Below are positions 32,720-42,618 of a DNA stretch of 64,000 nt, in pieces. Source of the stretch: Promethearchaeota archaeon. GTDB lineage: Archaea > Asgardarchaeota > Lokiarchaeia > Sigyniarchaeales > SOKP01. The position numbers and the translations under genes are program-made. Location: positions 96,001-160,000 of the forward strand of contig JAHPZE010000004.1 of assembly GCA_019058365.1 (NCBI GenBank). Reading direction: 5' to 3'. The stretch's first letter is position 1. Each line of letters starts with the position of its first letter. Below the pieces are notes generated by a model. It was not told where the DNA came from. It searched no databases and saw nothing but the letters and a program-made list of their open reading frames with translations.

Positions 32720-33285
32720 GTCGAAAAGTTTTTTTATCAATCTACTAGATGGTTAGAAAAATAATAGAGATTTAATAAATTTTTTAGAAAATTTCAATAA
32801 CTAAATGCTTTAAATTTGTTTTATATTATCAAAATCACACTTTAATAATATAATTACAACCATAATAATATGCTTCTCGTGTATTTCTTTTAATGTCAGT
32901 AAAATAATCCTCAATATTTTATCGGAAAAATAAAAGATCTATAGATCCAATGATCAAGAGTGATCAAAAACCAATCTAAAATTCTCTCTCTTTAGAATAA
33001 ATTTTTTGCGTTCCATTATAATAATCATTTTGATCGAGATCGTTGTTTTTTATGTACACTTTTCGAAAATGTTAATGATTATCCTAATCACATGATCAAA
33101 ATCTGCATCAATGTGTTAAAAACGGCACTACATGATCTAATTTTTGCGAAACTATCATTATTAAAACATAAAACGACGGAAAACGATCAAGTTTAAATAT
33201 GAAAAGTGATATTATTATTTTAGTAATAAAATATAATTGTTAAAACAAGAAATTTTATAAAAAATTAATAGATTGTTTATAAGAA

Positions 33286-33555
33286 GTGATGCAAAAAATG
33301 TGTAATAATTGTAATTGTGAAGCATATGACCAATGTTCCATTGTTGGTTATATGCCAGTTGGATTCTGCTGTACCAAATGCTATCTTTACAACGAGCAAC
33401 ATACATGTTTAGAATCGAGGTCAAAGGGAAAAGCTTCTAAGGTTGAGCCTGTGAGCGCCAAAATCGAGGATGGTGTTTTGAAAGTTGTCGTTATGAAGGA
33501 TAAAAAAGAAGTTCCTTTAGTGATTGACTTAGATAAACAATTTGGTTCTGAATAG
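33286..33555 (+). CDS. small Cys-rich hypothetical protein
   Basis: CNNCNC...C...CCTKC...C N-terminus. Confidence 0.7.
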   Translation: MMQKMCNNCNCEAYDQCSIVGYMPVGFCCTKCYLYNEQHTCLESRSKGKASKVEPVSAKIEDGVLKVVVMKDKKEVPLVIDLDKQFGSE

Positions 33556-33615
33556 AAATTTTGTAATTCATTTAATTTACTTTTTGTTACATCCTGGCAT
33601 TCTGAGAAATAGGAA

Positions 33616-33699
33616 AAAGGTCAGCTCTCTGATACCTCCTTGAAGAAGGGTTGAACAGTGATTGAGGTGAGTATTCAACGGAAAGGGTCAGGGAACTGG
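33616..33699 (-). repeat. copy 1 (most diverged, promoterless) of the structured RNA element
   Basis: Shares CTCCTTGAAGAAGGGTTGAACA, ATTGAGGTGAG and TCAGGGAACTGG with 42342-42424 and 44052-44134. Confidence 0.9.
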
Positions 33700-34020
33700 T
33701 GGTAGAATTGTGTGTTCAAGTAATTCGGATTTATAAGAGAACCTTTTACCCTCAATAAGAAATTTGGAAATATGTAATTGATTCTATTGAAAAGAAAAAA
33801 AAATGAAAAATTTAGCTTTTTTGATCTGTTTGTGTTGATTTTTACTTGATTGAAAATTATATAGACAATTGCTTAATATTTAGGACAGATTTTTTCAAAA
33901 TTGCTATTATCAAATTATCTTTATCTAAAGATCCTTAGCCCTTTTAGAGATTCTTGTTAATATAAAGATTTTAAAAACTCTTTGAGTGATTAAATTTATA
34001 TATAATAAGGTTATATAAAT

Positions 34021-34424
34021 ATGTTAGAGATCATAGCTAAAAATTCAGAAAAATTTACAAAAGATTATGGGAAAAGGATTTTTGCAAAAGATGAGGGAAT
34101 TGAAGTTGATTTACAAATTAATAATTTAGCTGACTTCAAGTAGCCTTCAAATTTGAAATGGTGGCATCCTCTAGCCCCAATATAAAAAAAATCGAAAATC
34201 TTGAAACTCTAACAAATTTAGAATATTTAAGACTTAATAGGGGAAGAATCTCAAAAATTGAGAATCTGGAAAATCTTACGAACTTGAAGTTCTTGGATCT
34301 TAGCATCAACATTATCTCTGAAATTGGAGGGTCGGAAAGTCTCAAGAACTTAAAAGTTTTACGATTTGGGAACTCATTTGAGTTAAGTGGAGAAAATGTT
34401 ATTAAAGAAATTGAAGGAGCATGA
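34021..34424 (+). pseudogene. frameshifted, truncated SDS22-like LRR gene (paralogue of 37574-38362)
   Basis: ATG 34021 frame stops at 34143; LRRs continue in another frame; LRFGNS..GENVIKEIEG resembles LLFGDG..GGNPISEIRG. Confidence 0.65.
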
Positions 34425-34512
34425 TAAAAGATCCTAAGATTTCTTTTTCCTAACAAAGTAAATCTCTCTATCATTAACGTTTTTAATATCAACAATGACT
34501 ATTTATATTCGA

Positions 34513-35004
34513 TTATGCCCTCTCTCTGTCTTTTTTTTCTACACTCAATTTAAAAATTTTACCTAATTTATAATCAAGGTAAAGATTCCTTCTTCTCAGT
34601 TCTTCACTGTTAGCGAATATTATCTTATCGAGAGATTCTTGACTTAGATTTAGGAGTTGTTTTAATTTTTCTTCTGTTATTTCTGATACTGTTTTAAAAA
34701 TCTCATACATATTATCAATAGCTTCTTTCTCAAAGTTATTCAGATCTCTTAAAAATTTAACGTCTTTTAATTCAGCAATTAATTGCCTTCTTATCCCCTC
34801 AATATCAATATTTAACTTTTCTTTAATCTTTTCTGAATTTTTATTAATGTACCTCTTAATGATTTTGTTAGCATAATAGCTTAATGAAACATCTTTTCTA
34901 TCACATATTTTTTTCAAAAGAATATATTCAATTTCATCCATTCTCACACTTAATACCTTTTTCTCCCTTACTTTTTCATCGTCATCCTGACTCATATTAC
35001 TCAT
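34513..35004 (-). CDS. ribbon-helix-helix (CopG-like) domain protein
   Basis: KVLSVRMDEIEYILLKKICDRKDVSLSYYANKII pattern. Confidence 0.6.
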   Translation of the reverse strand: MSNMSQDDDEKVREKKVLSVRMDEIEYILLKKICDRKDVSLSYYANKIIKRYINKNSEKIKEKLNIDIEGIRRQLIAELKDVKFLRDLNNFEKEAIDNMYEIFKTVSEITEEKLKQLLNLSQESLDKIIFANSEELRRRNLYLDYKLGKIFKLSVEKKDRERA

Positions 35005-35401
35005 TATGGAGATCTTTTAAAATTAGTAATTTAATTTGAAAGTCATAATATTTCATTAATTATATTATAATCATTTTGAATTAATTATTTATATTTAACG
35101 AATCATTTTGCATCAAACTTTTATAATTCTGTTAGCTTTAATTATTTAAATAAAAAAGAAATTAAATTAGTTAATAATTCGTTAAATTACAGGGTATTAA
35201 AACAGAATTTATAAATACTATAGATTTTTATATTAAGCTTTCTCAATTTCAATCGAATATAAAAAAACATATTAGAAATAAAACTGTCGGAACAATAAAG
35301 CTAAAAAATTATGAATAATTTTAAATAATTAGTACATTATTTAGAACTAAAAGAGTCTATGGGTATTTATTATAAATATTACTAAAAAAACGGTTTAGGT
35401 C

Positions 35402-36094
35402 ATGTTAAAAAGAATGAGAATACCTGAAGATGATTTAAAAATATTAGAAAAATTTGTTCAACTACCATCTGAGCAACAAGATTTCATTTTACAAGAACTT
35501 ACGGAAATTTCTCCAACAACTCCATTAAATATTATTGAAAAAAGAATCTCAAATAAATCGGACTACAAATTTGAAGATATCCATGAATTCTTTAAATTTT
35601 TAATCAACTTCTACATAAACTTCTTCTATTTTAAAGACTCAATTGATAATTTTAATGAGGAAGTTATTATACCTTCAATCATTCTACACAAATCAAAATT
35701 GAAATTAGCAGAACAAGATTATGAAAATATTAAATTAGTATCAGCAAAAATTTTAAGTTTAGATAAAAATATAGGGATAATATCAAAAATACCATATTTA
35801 TCTGAGGAAAATCCAAATAACTATATGAAATCTCATATTATTACGGATTTAAGATATATTTTTTATAACGATCCTAGTGAAATTCCAGATTATGCATTGA
35901 TAAAACATACTTTTAAGATTGATTATATTAAATCAAGAAAAATAGAAGAAGCATTTTATACTTTAAATTTAAATGATATAATTGAATTGAAAAAAAATAT
36001 TGAAAGAGCGATTGAAAAAGAAGGCTCGTTAAAAGAATTATGTAAAAAAAATAAAATAAATTTATTAAAAGAGGAGGATGTCAATGGATTATAA
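35402..36094 (+). CDS. hypothetical protein, candidate prokaryotic COMMD-like
   Basis: Helical N-domain plus C-terminal three beta strands and a long helix (ITDLRYIF..IKHTFKIDY..FYTLNLNDIIELKKNIERAIEK). Confidence 0.5.
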   Translation: MLKRMRIPEDDLKILEKFVQLPSEQQDFILQELTEISPTTPLNIIEKRISNKSDYKFEDIHEFFKFLINFYINFFYFKDSIDNFNEEVIIPSIILHKSKLKLAEQDYENIKLVSAKILSLDKNIGIISKIPYLSEENPNNYMKSHIITDLRYIFYNDPSEIPDYALIKHTFKIDYIKSRKIEEAFYTLNLNDIIELKKNIERAIEKEGSLKELCKKNKINLLKEEDVNGL

Positions 36095-36497
36095 AACTAT
36101 CAATGAATCTATCTATAATTTAAAAGATTTAAGAATAGGAACTTTAGATATTTGGAGATCAATTTCCGAAACTAATAGAAATATCAAACATACAACAAGT
36201 GAAATACTAACATGTAAAAGTTATAAAAATTCAGAATCAATAAACGAAAAAGTAGATGTTAATAAAAAAGAAAATGATGATTCAAACCAAGATTTTCCAA
36301 TTCTGAAACCAGATAATCAAGAGCTCGTTAAAAGATATGCTGGAAAATATATTGGAATCATCGAAAATAAACTTGTTGCTGTCGATACAAATATCCGTAA
36401 ATTAAAAGAAAAGGCAAAAAAGGTAATGAAAAAAGGTCAACGATGTTATATTGAATATATTGATGATGGTGTTTCAATATATGGACTTGGTATTTAG
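36078..36497 (+). CDS. DUF5678-domain protein
   Basis: KRYAGKYIGIIENKLVAVD...YIEYI. Confidence 0.7.
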   Translation: MSMDYKTINESIYNLKDLRIGTLDIWRSISETNRNIKHTTSEILTCKSYKNSESINEKVDVNKKENDDSNQDFPILKPDNQELVKRYAGKYIGIIENKLVAVDTNIRKLKEKAKKVMKKGQRCYIEYIDDGVSIYGLGI

Positions 36498-36957
36498 ACA
36501 AGAAGAAGCAATAATAAAAGAAGATCGTTTTAAAGATGTAACACCCCAAAAAAGGAAAGAATTTGGGAATTCATCTAAGTATAGAATTAATTTAATTTTT
36601 AAGAAAAATTCAGATTGGGAAGAAGAATTTCCTGTTAAATTTAAATTTGACACAGGAGCTTTTCTTTCTTTTGCTCCAAAGAAACTAATGGAAGATTTTA
36701 GTATCCCAACAGAATTTAGTATGGAAGTTACAGGTATACATCCTGAAAAAAAATGTCGTGTTTTAGTTAAAATCGGAAAAATGCTGTTTAAAATATTAGA
36801 TGATAATGAATTAGAATCCGATGAATTTGAAGCATGGTTTGCATTTCACCCTTTTGAAAAAGGAATGCATTTACTTGGAATGAAAAGTATTATTGAAGAA
36901 ATCGAGTTTCATCAAGATCCTAAAAGAAAAATTTTAATCTTAAAAACAGTTCAATGA
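36481..36957 (+). CDS. clan AA (retropepsin-like) aspartyl protease
   Basis: FDTGA catalytic motif and LLGM; start overlaps the upstream gene. Confidence 0.8.
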   Translation: MDLVFRQEEAIIKEDRFKDVTPQKRKEFGNSSKYRINLIFKKNSDWEEEFPVKFKFDTGAFLSFAPKKLMEDFSIPTEFSMEVTGIHPEKKCRVLVKIGKMLFKILDDNELESDEFEAWFAFHPFEKGMHLLGMKSIIEEIEFHQDPKRKILILKTVQ

Positions 36958-36972
36958 ATTTTTGAAGATTAA

Positions 36973-37509
36973 ATGATCTAATTAAAGACAAAAGATAAAG
37001 GAAATAACGTAATTTATATTTCAATAAGTCGAGATATTTTTATCTTAAGTATTTCATTTTCAATCATATTTCTCATTTTAGAGTTTGTTAAAGATTTATT
37101 TGATGTCGCTTTTATTAATCTAAATTTCACTCCTTTAATTGTAGGAGGTTCAGTAATCAATTTATCCATAATATTAATTTTTATTCTAATAAAAGGAAAT
37201 AAAATGAATGGTTAAAATCCGAAGAGAGACGATTAGAAACTTGGATATTTTTCTTATTAGCTATTTTGGTTGAATCCATATTAAATATAATTTTAACAAC
37301 TGTTAATATAATATTATCATTTTCTTTCGGGAAATTAATCAAATTTCTTATACTAATTTCAATCATAGTATTATCTGCATTTTATTTTAAAAAAAATGAT
37401 ATTTAAAGGAAAAAAAAATAAAATCAAGGAATTTTTTCACATTTATTTAATTTTACTAGCTCCTTGGATTATTGAGATTGGAGTAATTTCCGATTTTTCT
37501 CACTTTTAG
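36973..37509 (+). pseudogene. degraded multi-pass membrane protein gene
   Basis: Consecutive hydrophobic segments spread over shifted frames with internal stops. Confidence 0.45.
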
Positions 37510-37573
37510 AAAATCTCTAAGTTTTTGGGGCACTTAAATTTAAATATGAAGGTTTTATATAGATATCTTTGGA

Positions 37574-38362
37574 ATGATGGATGAAAATTCAAAAGAATAT
37601 GTTGTTAATCGAGGAAAGAAATATTATGTTGAGGATAATAGGTTAGACCTAACTAGTAAGACAGATATTGTACTTTCTGAGGTGGAAGGGCTCGAAGATT
37701 TAGTAAATCTGGAGGTGTTATCTCTCAAGGAGAATAGCATTCATGAGATTGAGAATCTTGAAAACCTTACGAGCTTAAAGGCTTTAGATCTCAGCATGAA
37801 CTACATTACTGAGATTGAAGGTCTTGAAAGATTAACGAAATTAACAAGTTTATTATTTGGTGATGGGGATGAAGGTGGCAATCCTATATCAGAGATTAGA
37901 GGACTTGATACGCTAACGAGTTTACGATATCTATACTTCGATTCTAACGAAATATCAGAGATCAAAGGGCTCGAAAATCTTAAGAGTTTGGAGTTCTTAA
38001 GTTTATTTGATAATAAAACTTTAGAGCTTAAAGGTCTTGAAAATTTAACAAACTTAAAGAAATTAATTCTAAGCAATAATAAGATTACGAAGATGCAAGG
38101 GCTAGAGACTCTTGGAAAATTAGAATATTTGGATCTATCATATAATAATATAGTAGAGATTAAAGAACTTGAAAATCTAATGAATCTAAAAGAATTGGAT
38201 TTGAGTTATAATAAAATTTCAGAAATTAAAAGGATAGAGCATCTAGTGAATTTAGAGAGATTTAGCATTTATGATAATCCGATTAGGAGGATCTCAGGGA
38301 TTGATTCTCTAAAAGGGCTAAGAATCTTTGGAATAGATAAGCTTTTACAGGACGACCAATAA
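37574..38362 (+). CDS. SDS22-like LRR protein
   Basis: About 9 LxxLxLxxNxIxEIxGLE repeats. Confidence 0.9.
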   Translation: MMDENSKEYVVNRGKKYYVEDNRLDLTSKTDIVLSEVEGLEDLVNLEVLSLKENSIHEIENLENLTSLKALDLSMNYITEIEGLERLTKLTSLLFGDGDEGGNPISEIRGLDTLTSLRYLYFDSNEISEIKGLENLKSLEFLSLFDNKTLELKGLENLTNLKKLILSNNKITKMQGLETLGKLEYLDLSYNNIVEIKELENLMNLKELDLSYNKISEIKRIEHLVNLERFSIYDNPIRRISGIDSLKGLRIFGIDKLLQDDQ

Positions 38363-38437
38363 AGATTAACGAATAATTTATTTAAGTGATCGTAAAAACC
38401 ATAATTAAAAGAATTTTATATGAAATTATTTATTATA

Positions 38438-39733
38438 TTAATGGAAAATATGTTCAAGTATCATTCTAAGATTTTCTATCTCTTTTATAAGCAATTCTTC
38501 TTTTGGTATTAATTTATAATTATGTGTTCCAATATCTCCCAAAGAGATCAACCTTTTTGCTTGTTGCATAAAAGTTTTATTAATAAAGTTAAGATCTTGT
38601 GCTATTTTTGGTATCTCTTTGAGACGTTTATATTCACCCTCCTCATTCTTATATTTATCTAATTTGTGTTCCTGTTCTGCCTTAAGATAAAATGCAGCTT
38701 CAATGATTTTTCGCATTAGAATTTGTGTCGCAACCTTACAATCATGATTATATACAGTTTCAAGTTCATAAATTAGGTTTTTTATATCTTTTGGCATCTT
38801 TTTTTTATCTGAATCATCAAAAAAATATATAAAATCTCCGGGATATTTTTGAGGTTTCTTAATTTCTTTATATAAATCAGAATCTAATCTTAAATCTAAC
38901 TCGAAAATAGAGAGATTTAACATTATTTGCAAAAAAATAAATAGCTGTTCAATTGATTTGCGATCATACTTTAACCAACTTCTTAAAAAATTAGAAATTG
39001 CAATTTTCCCGAGTTTATATAATTTATTTTCCTCAATATTAAATCTTTTTAATAAATCTATATTAAATGTGATTACTTCAAGTGTTTCCAAATCATCAAT
39101 CCTTTTTTCGATTAATCTCTCTAAGATTAAAGTTAACCTATTACTTTCATCTTTGAAATACTTGATATCATCATATAAGTCTGATAGAATGAGTTTTATC
39201 AATAAATAATGAAGAGTTTGTATAAATTCAGAATTTGAAAAATTTTCAAGGATATTGGCTTTTTTTAATTCTTTATTACATCGATCATTTAGTTTAAGAA
39301 TCATTAATCTATCCTTCTCAAGCTCCATCTCCTTAATTTGATATACTAAAAAGACGTATTTTAAATAAATAATACTATTAAAATCATGTTCACTAAAAAT
39401 TATATCAATTAAATCCATTAACATTGAAAACAAATCAGAGGAATTAATTGTTTCATATTTGTTTAAATATCTTAAGCAATCTAGTCTATGATTTAAATCA
39501 TCTTCTAGATGCGTTTTAAAAGGTTGTTTCAACGAAGATGTTAAGGATTCAACTAAATCTGTATCTTTAAAGTTCTGACCAATTATGTGATGCTTATCTA
39601 CGTTTTTTATTATAGAATATAGAAATGGATTCTCTAAAAAAATAGAAGTTTCATTAATTTTCGTGACAATATCTATATCATTTAGTAGATCTAACAAAGA
39701 AACATCAATATTATCAATTCTAATTCTGTACAT
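38438..39733 (-). CDS. Argonaute-associated protein with C-terminal DUF4145/HEPN-like domain
   Basis: ATQILMRKIIE...LISLGDIGTH pattern; ATG overlaps the Ago stop codon (TAATG). Confidence 0.7.
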   Translation of the reverse strand: MYRIRIDNIDVSLLDLLNDIDIVTKINETSIFLENPFLYSIIKNVDKHHIIGQNFKDTDLVESLTSSLKQPFKTHLEDDLNHRLDCLRYLNKYETINSSDLFSMLMDLIDIIFSEHDFNSIIYLKYVFLVYQIKEMELEKDRLMILKLNDRCNKELKKANILENFSNSEFIQTLHYLLIKLILSDLYDDIKYFKDESNRLTLILERLIEKRIDDLETLEVITFNIDLLKRFNIEENKLYKLGKIAISNFLRSWLKYDRKSIEQLFIFLQIMLNLSIFELDLRLDSDLYKEIKKPQKYPGDFIYFFDDSDKKKMPKDIKNLIYELETVYNHDCKVATQILMRKIIEAAFYLKAEQEHKLDKYKNEEGEYKRLKEIPKIAQDLNFINKTFMQQAKRLISLGDIGTHNYKLIPKEELLIKEIENLRMILEHIFH

Positions 39734-41148
39734 TATAAAAACCAAGGTGTATTTTTCAAATTATCATGAGGTTTTATTTCATACTTACTGAATTTTGCTA
39801 TTTGATGGGCAAATATTAAAGATGCTGGTAACCGAAGTTCATTATGAGTAACTGTTTGATAGTGAAGTCCTGTTAGTGTAAATATATCTTGGCAAGCATC
39901 ATAAAAAGACCTATAACAATCCTTATTTATTCTCATATTTATTAATAAAGGGCGAGGAGTGCCCATTTCATGAGGTTTAGATCTGATTTTTCTTGCTCTT
40001 GCATAATTATAATCTCCAGTTGTACATAGATATCCAAAAACTTCACTTAATTGAGAACAAATACCTCTGTCTATATTTTTATTCATTTTATCTAAATTAA
40101 AAGATCTTAGAATGTTTTTATCGAATATCTCCACTAAACAATAATTCCTTATACTTGTATCTTTAAATTCCTTCTCAAATCCCGCAAGTTCTTCTTTTCC
40201 AAATACTCCTAATTTTTGAATTGTTAATTTTTCTATTGGATTTGAACTCCTTTCTTGATGTGAGAATAATGTCTCATGGATGATTTTGCGAATTATGATA
40301 TTAGGTACAAATAATCCTGAAGTAGTCATTTTAAAATCATCTTTATGGAGTTCTAATTCCATATCAAAATAAGTATTTGAATAATAACCCATAAACCTTC
40401 CAATATTGTTGAATATTGAAACAAAACCAGTGGTATACCCTCTTTCTTCATTTCTAGAAAATCTAATAGCAAGTGTAATATCTACATTGTGAGGGTTTTT
40501 TAGTAACCAGGGAATACCACCTGCTTTAGAATAAATCGAAATGCAAATGTTCCATAAAATATAAGGCAAACCTTTAGAATCACTAATCTTTGTTAAGACA
40601 CCCCCATAAGTATCTCCTTGATAAAGTGAGAGATATTGTATAGGATAACCCATTTTGAGACAAAGTCTTTTTAGTTTATAATAATTATTAGTATTTCTTA
40701 TTGCTCTATAGTCTTTTCCTACTGCTAATACAACATATTTTGTGTTTACAGGCTGTTTTTCTACTGGATAAATACTTGCTAATTCATTAATTATAATATC
40801 TTCTCTACCATTTTCATAGATAATTACATCTTTCTTATCTTTAGGGATATCCAATTCATCTAATTTGAAAAATGTCTTTAATCCATGAAAATATGTTCCA
40901 TATCCATTTTTTATATAATTGAGTAATTTTAGTGAATTATCTATCGCAGATTCATCTTTCAAGCAGATAAGAATTAATTTTAATTTATCAAATAATCTAA
41001 TTTTAGCGTTAAAATCATATGGGCCAAAATTTTGAATTCCTTCCATAGCGTCATTTATTTTTTCTCGTTGACCTGTTTGAAATAAAAGATTTGGTTCAAG
41101 AAATTTAACAATTTTTTTTGATTTTAAATAACTCGTTTGAATTTGCAT
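39733..41148 (-). CDS. ago: MID-PIWI prokaryotic Argonaute, catalytically inactive (split/pseudo-short type)
   Basis: EPNLLF..GPYD, YYKLK..PIQ, N..IYSKAGGIPW, PRPL, RLPASLIFAHQIAK, terminal PWFL. Confidence 0.92.
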   Translation of the reverse strand: MQIQTSYLKSKKIVKFLEPNLLFQTGQREKINDAMEGIQNFGPYDFNAKIRLFDKLKLILICLKDESAIDNSLKLLNYIKNGYGTYFHGLKTFFKLDELDIPKDKKDVIIYENGREDIIINELASIYPVEKQPVNTKYVVLAVGKDYRAIRNTNNYYKLKRLCLKMGYPIQYLSLYQGDTYGGVLTKISDSKGLPYILWNICISIYSKAGGIPWLLKNPHNVDITLAIRFSRNEERGYTTGFVSIFNNIGRFMGYYSNTYFDMELELHKDDFKMTTSGLFVPNIIIRKIIHETLFSHQERSSNPIEKLTIQKLGVFGKEELAGFEKEFKDTSIRNYCLVEIFDKNILRSFNLDKMNKNIDRGICSQLSEVFGYLCTTGDYNYARARKIRSKPHEMGTPRPLLINMRINKDCYRSFYDACQDIFTLTGLHYQTVTHNELRLPASLIFAHQIAKFSKYEIKPHDNLKNTPWFL

Positions 41149-41152
41149 TGTA

Positions 41153-41854
41153 TTAGCATTCCCTCTCTTCTATGATTTTTTTAAAAGTCATTATTGTAAA
41201 ATCAAGATGATATTTTTTACCACCACAGAAAAACGAAATTTTAGATATTAAATTTTTAAAAAATACATAATCTTCAATCCTTTTAGACGATCTTGGTAAT
41301 TTTTTATCCTCAATTGAGGAATTAAATTCTACATCATAGATTAGATCTATAAACATATAGACTCCAAATTCTTCATCTACAAAGAATTGAAACTTAAACC
41401 CTACTATTGAATTCCCCAAATTAGGAATAAAAACAGCATTTTCTTTATATTCAACCTCACAATCAATTAAAGGTTCTCTACTTAAAGTACATAAAAATGC
41501 TTCTTTTAATATATTCGGGATAATAAGGTTTTTATAAAAGAAAGTGTTCTGAAAAGTGCAATTGTAATTTATTACTTCTAAATTTTCTAGTTCTGAATAG
41601 TTAATGTGATTAGGATTTAATAATTCCTCTGTTTTCTTAATAAAATTTGTAATAGATAAATCTTGATCAATTCTAAAAAACCATAGATCATCCAAAATTT
41701 GTGTAAATATTATTCCATTCTTACATAATTCCATTTTAACTCTATTATAATTATTAAAATTGCTTCTTGTTAAGCCGTCTATCTTCAAAGATTCTAACTG
41801 ATCAAAAACAGGACCATCTAGTTTAAATAAATCTAAAGCAATTTCTACAACCAT
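41153..41854 (-). CDS. Argonaute N-L1(-L2) partner subunit (AfAgo-N/Aga1-like)
   Basis: N-terminal IALDLFKL strand; L1-like GFKFQF...VYMFIDLIY; ends 4 nt upstream of ago. Confidence 0.65.
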   Translation of the reverse strand: MVVEIALDLFKLDGPVFDQLESLKIDGLTRSNFNNYNRVKMELCKNGIIFTQILDDLWFFRIDQDLSITNFIKKTEELLNPNHINYSELENLEVINYNCTFQNTFFYKNLIIPNILKEAFLCTLSREPLIDCEVEYKENAVFIPNLGNSIVGFKFQFFVDEEFGVYMFIDLIYDVEFNSSIEDKKLPRSSKRIEDYVFFKNLISKISFFCGGKKYHLDFTIMTFKKIIEEREC

Positions 41855-41992
41855 ATTATTATTGAACTTTATTAAATTGCGTTAAAATATTTTTATCTTC
41901 TTTTACTTAATAAACAAAATTGTAACGATTTCATTATTTAATAAAACTTATTATTTTCTGGTTATTTGTCATTCCAAAAATGAGGATTTAAA

Positions 41993-42309
41993 ATGGATTA
42001 GTTTAAAATTATAGCGAGGGTAGCAAAATTGGAAGAGTCTAAAATTTTTGACGAAGTTTTTGTTTTGGAATGTCAGTATCTCTTGTATAAAGTCACATCT
42101 TATTGAAAAGTTCTTAAATTTATAAAAGTAAAAATTACAAGTTAGTATCAGGTAATTCTATACTTATTCAAGAAAATTATGGTATTAGCAAAAGCACCGC
42201 ATCGCAATATTTGACTATTTTAGAGCACTATCACCTAATTAAAAGGTAGAGACACGGAGTAAACAAGATTATTAAAATATCTGATTTCGGTAAACTTTTT
42301 ATTGAGTAG
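41993..42309 (+). pseudogene. decayed winged-HTH transcription regulator divergent from the Ago operon
   Basis: YGISKSTASQYLTILEHYHLIKR*RHGVNKIIKISDFGKLF; several stops and a frameshift. Confidence 0.7.
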
Positions 42310-42341
42310 AGGTTTAAAAAATTCAGTTTAAGAAAAATTAA

Positions 42342-42498
42342 AAAGGTCGGTTCCCTGATATCTCCTTGAAGAAGGGTTGAACAGTAATTGAGGTGAGCAT
42401 TCATCGACGAGATCAGGGAACTGGAAAATTAATTAAGCGTTAATTAATGTAAAAAATTTATCAAAATAAAACAAAAATCTATGCGTTTTCTAAATACT
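42342..42498 (-). repeat. copy 2 of the RNA element with promoter region and orphan 3' end (YLENA*) of the 92-aa gene
   Basis: Ungapped 147/157 match to 44052-44208. Confidence 0.93.
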
Positions 42499-42523
42499 TT
42501 TTCTTGAATAGATTTAAAAATAT

Positions 42524-42591
42524 ATATTTTTAAAGAAAAAATTAGATTATTTAGAAAAAAAAAAGTTTTTTAAATTTAAATAAGGTATTAA
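42524..42591 (+). repeat. duplicate of intergenic segment 46648-46715
   Basis: Ungapped 58/68 match. Confidence 0.7.
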
Positions 42592-42618
42592 CCTAAATTT
42601 ATCAAATATTCAAACTTG

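Noticed and set aside
39733-41148. Canonical short pAgo (SPARTA/SPARSA) using the nearby TIR gene
   Set aside because: The MID pocket is Y-K type, the TIR gene shows no recognisable APAZ and lies in a separate repeat-bounded cassette, and the Ago has its own coupled partners
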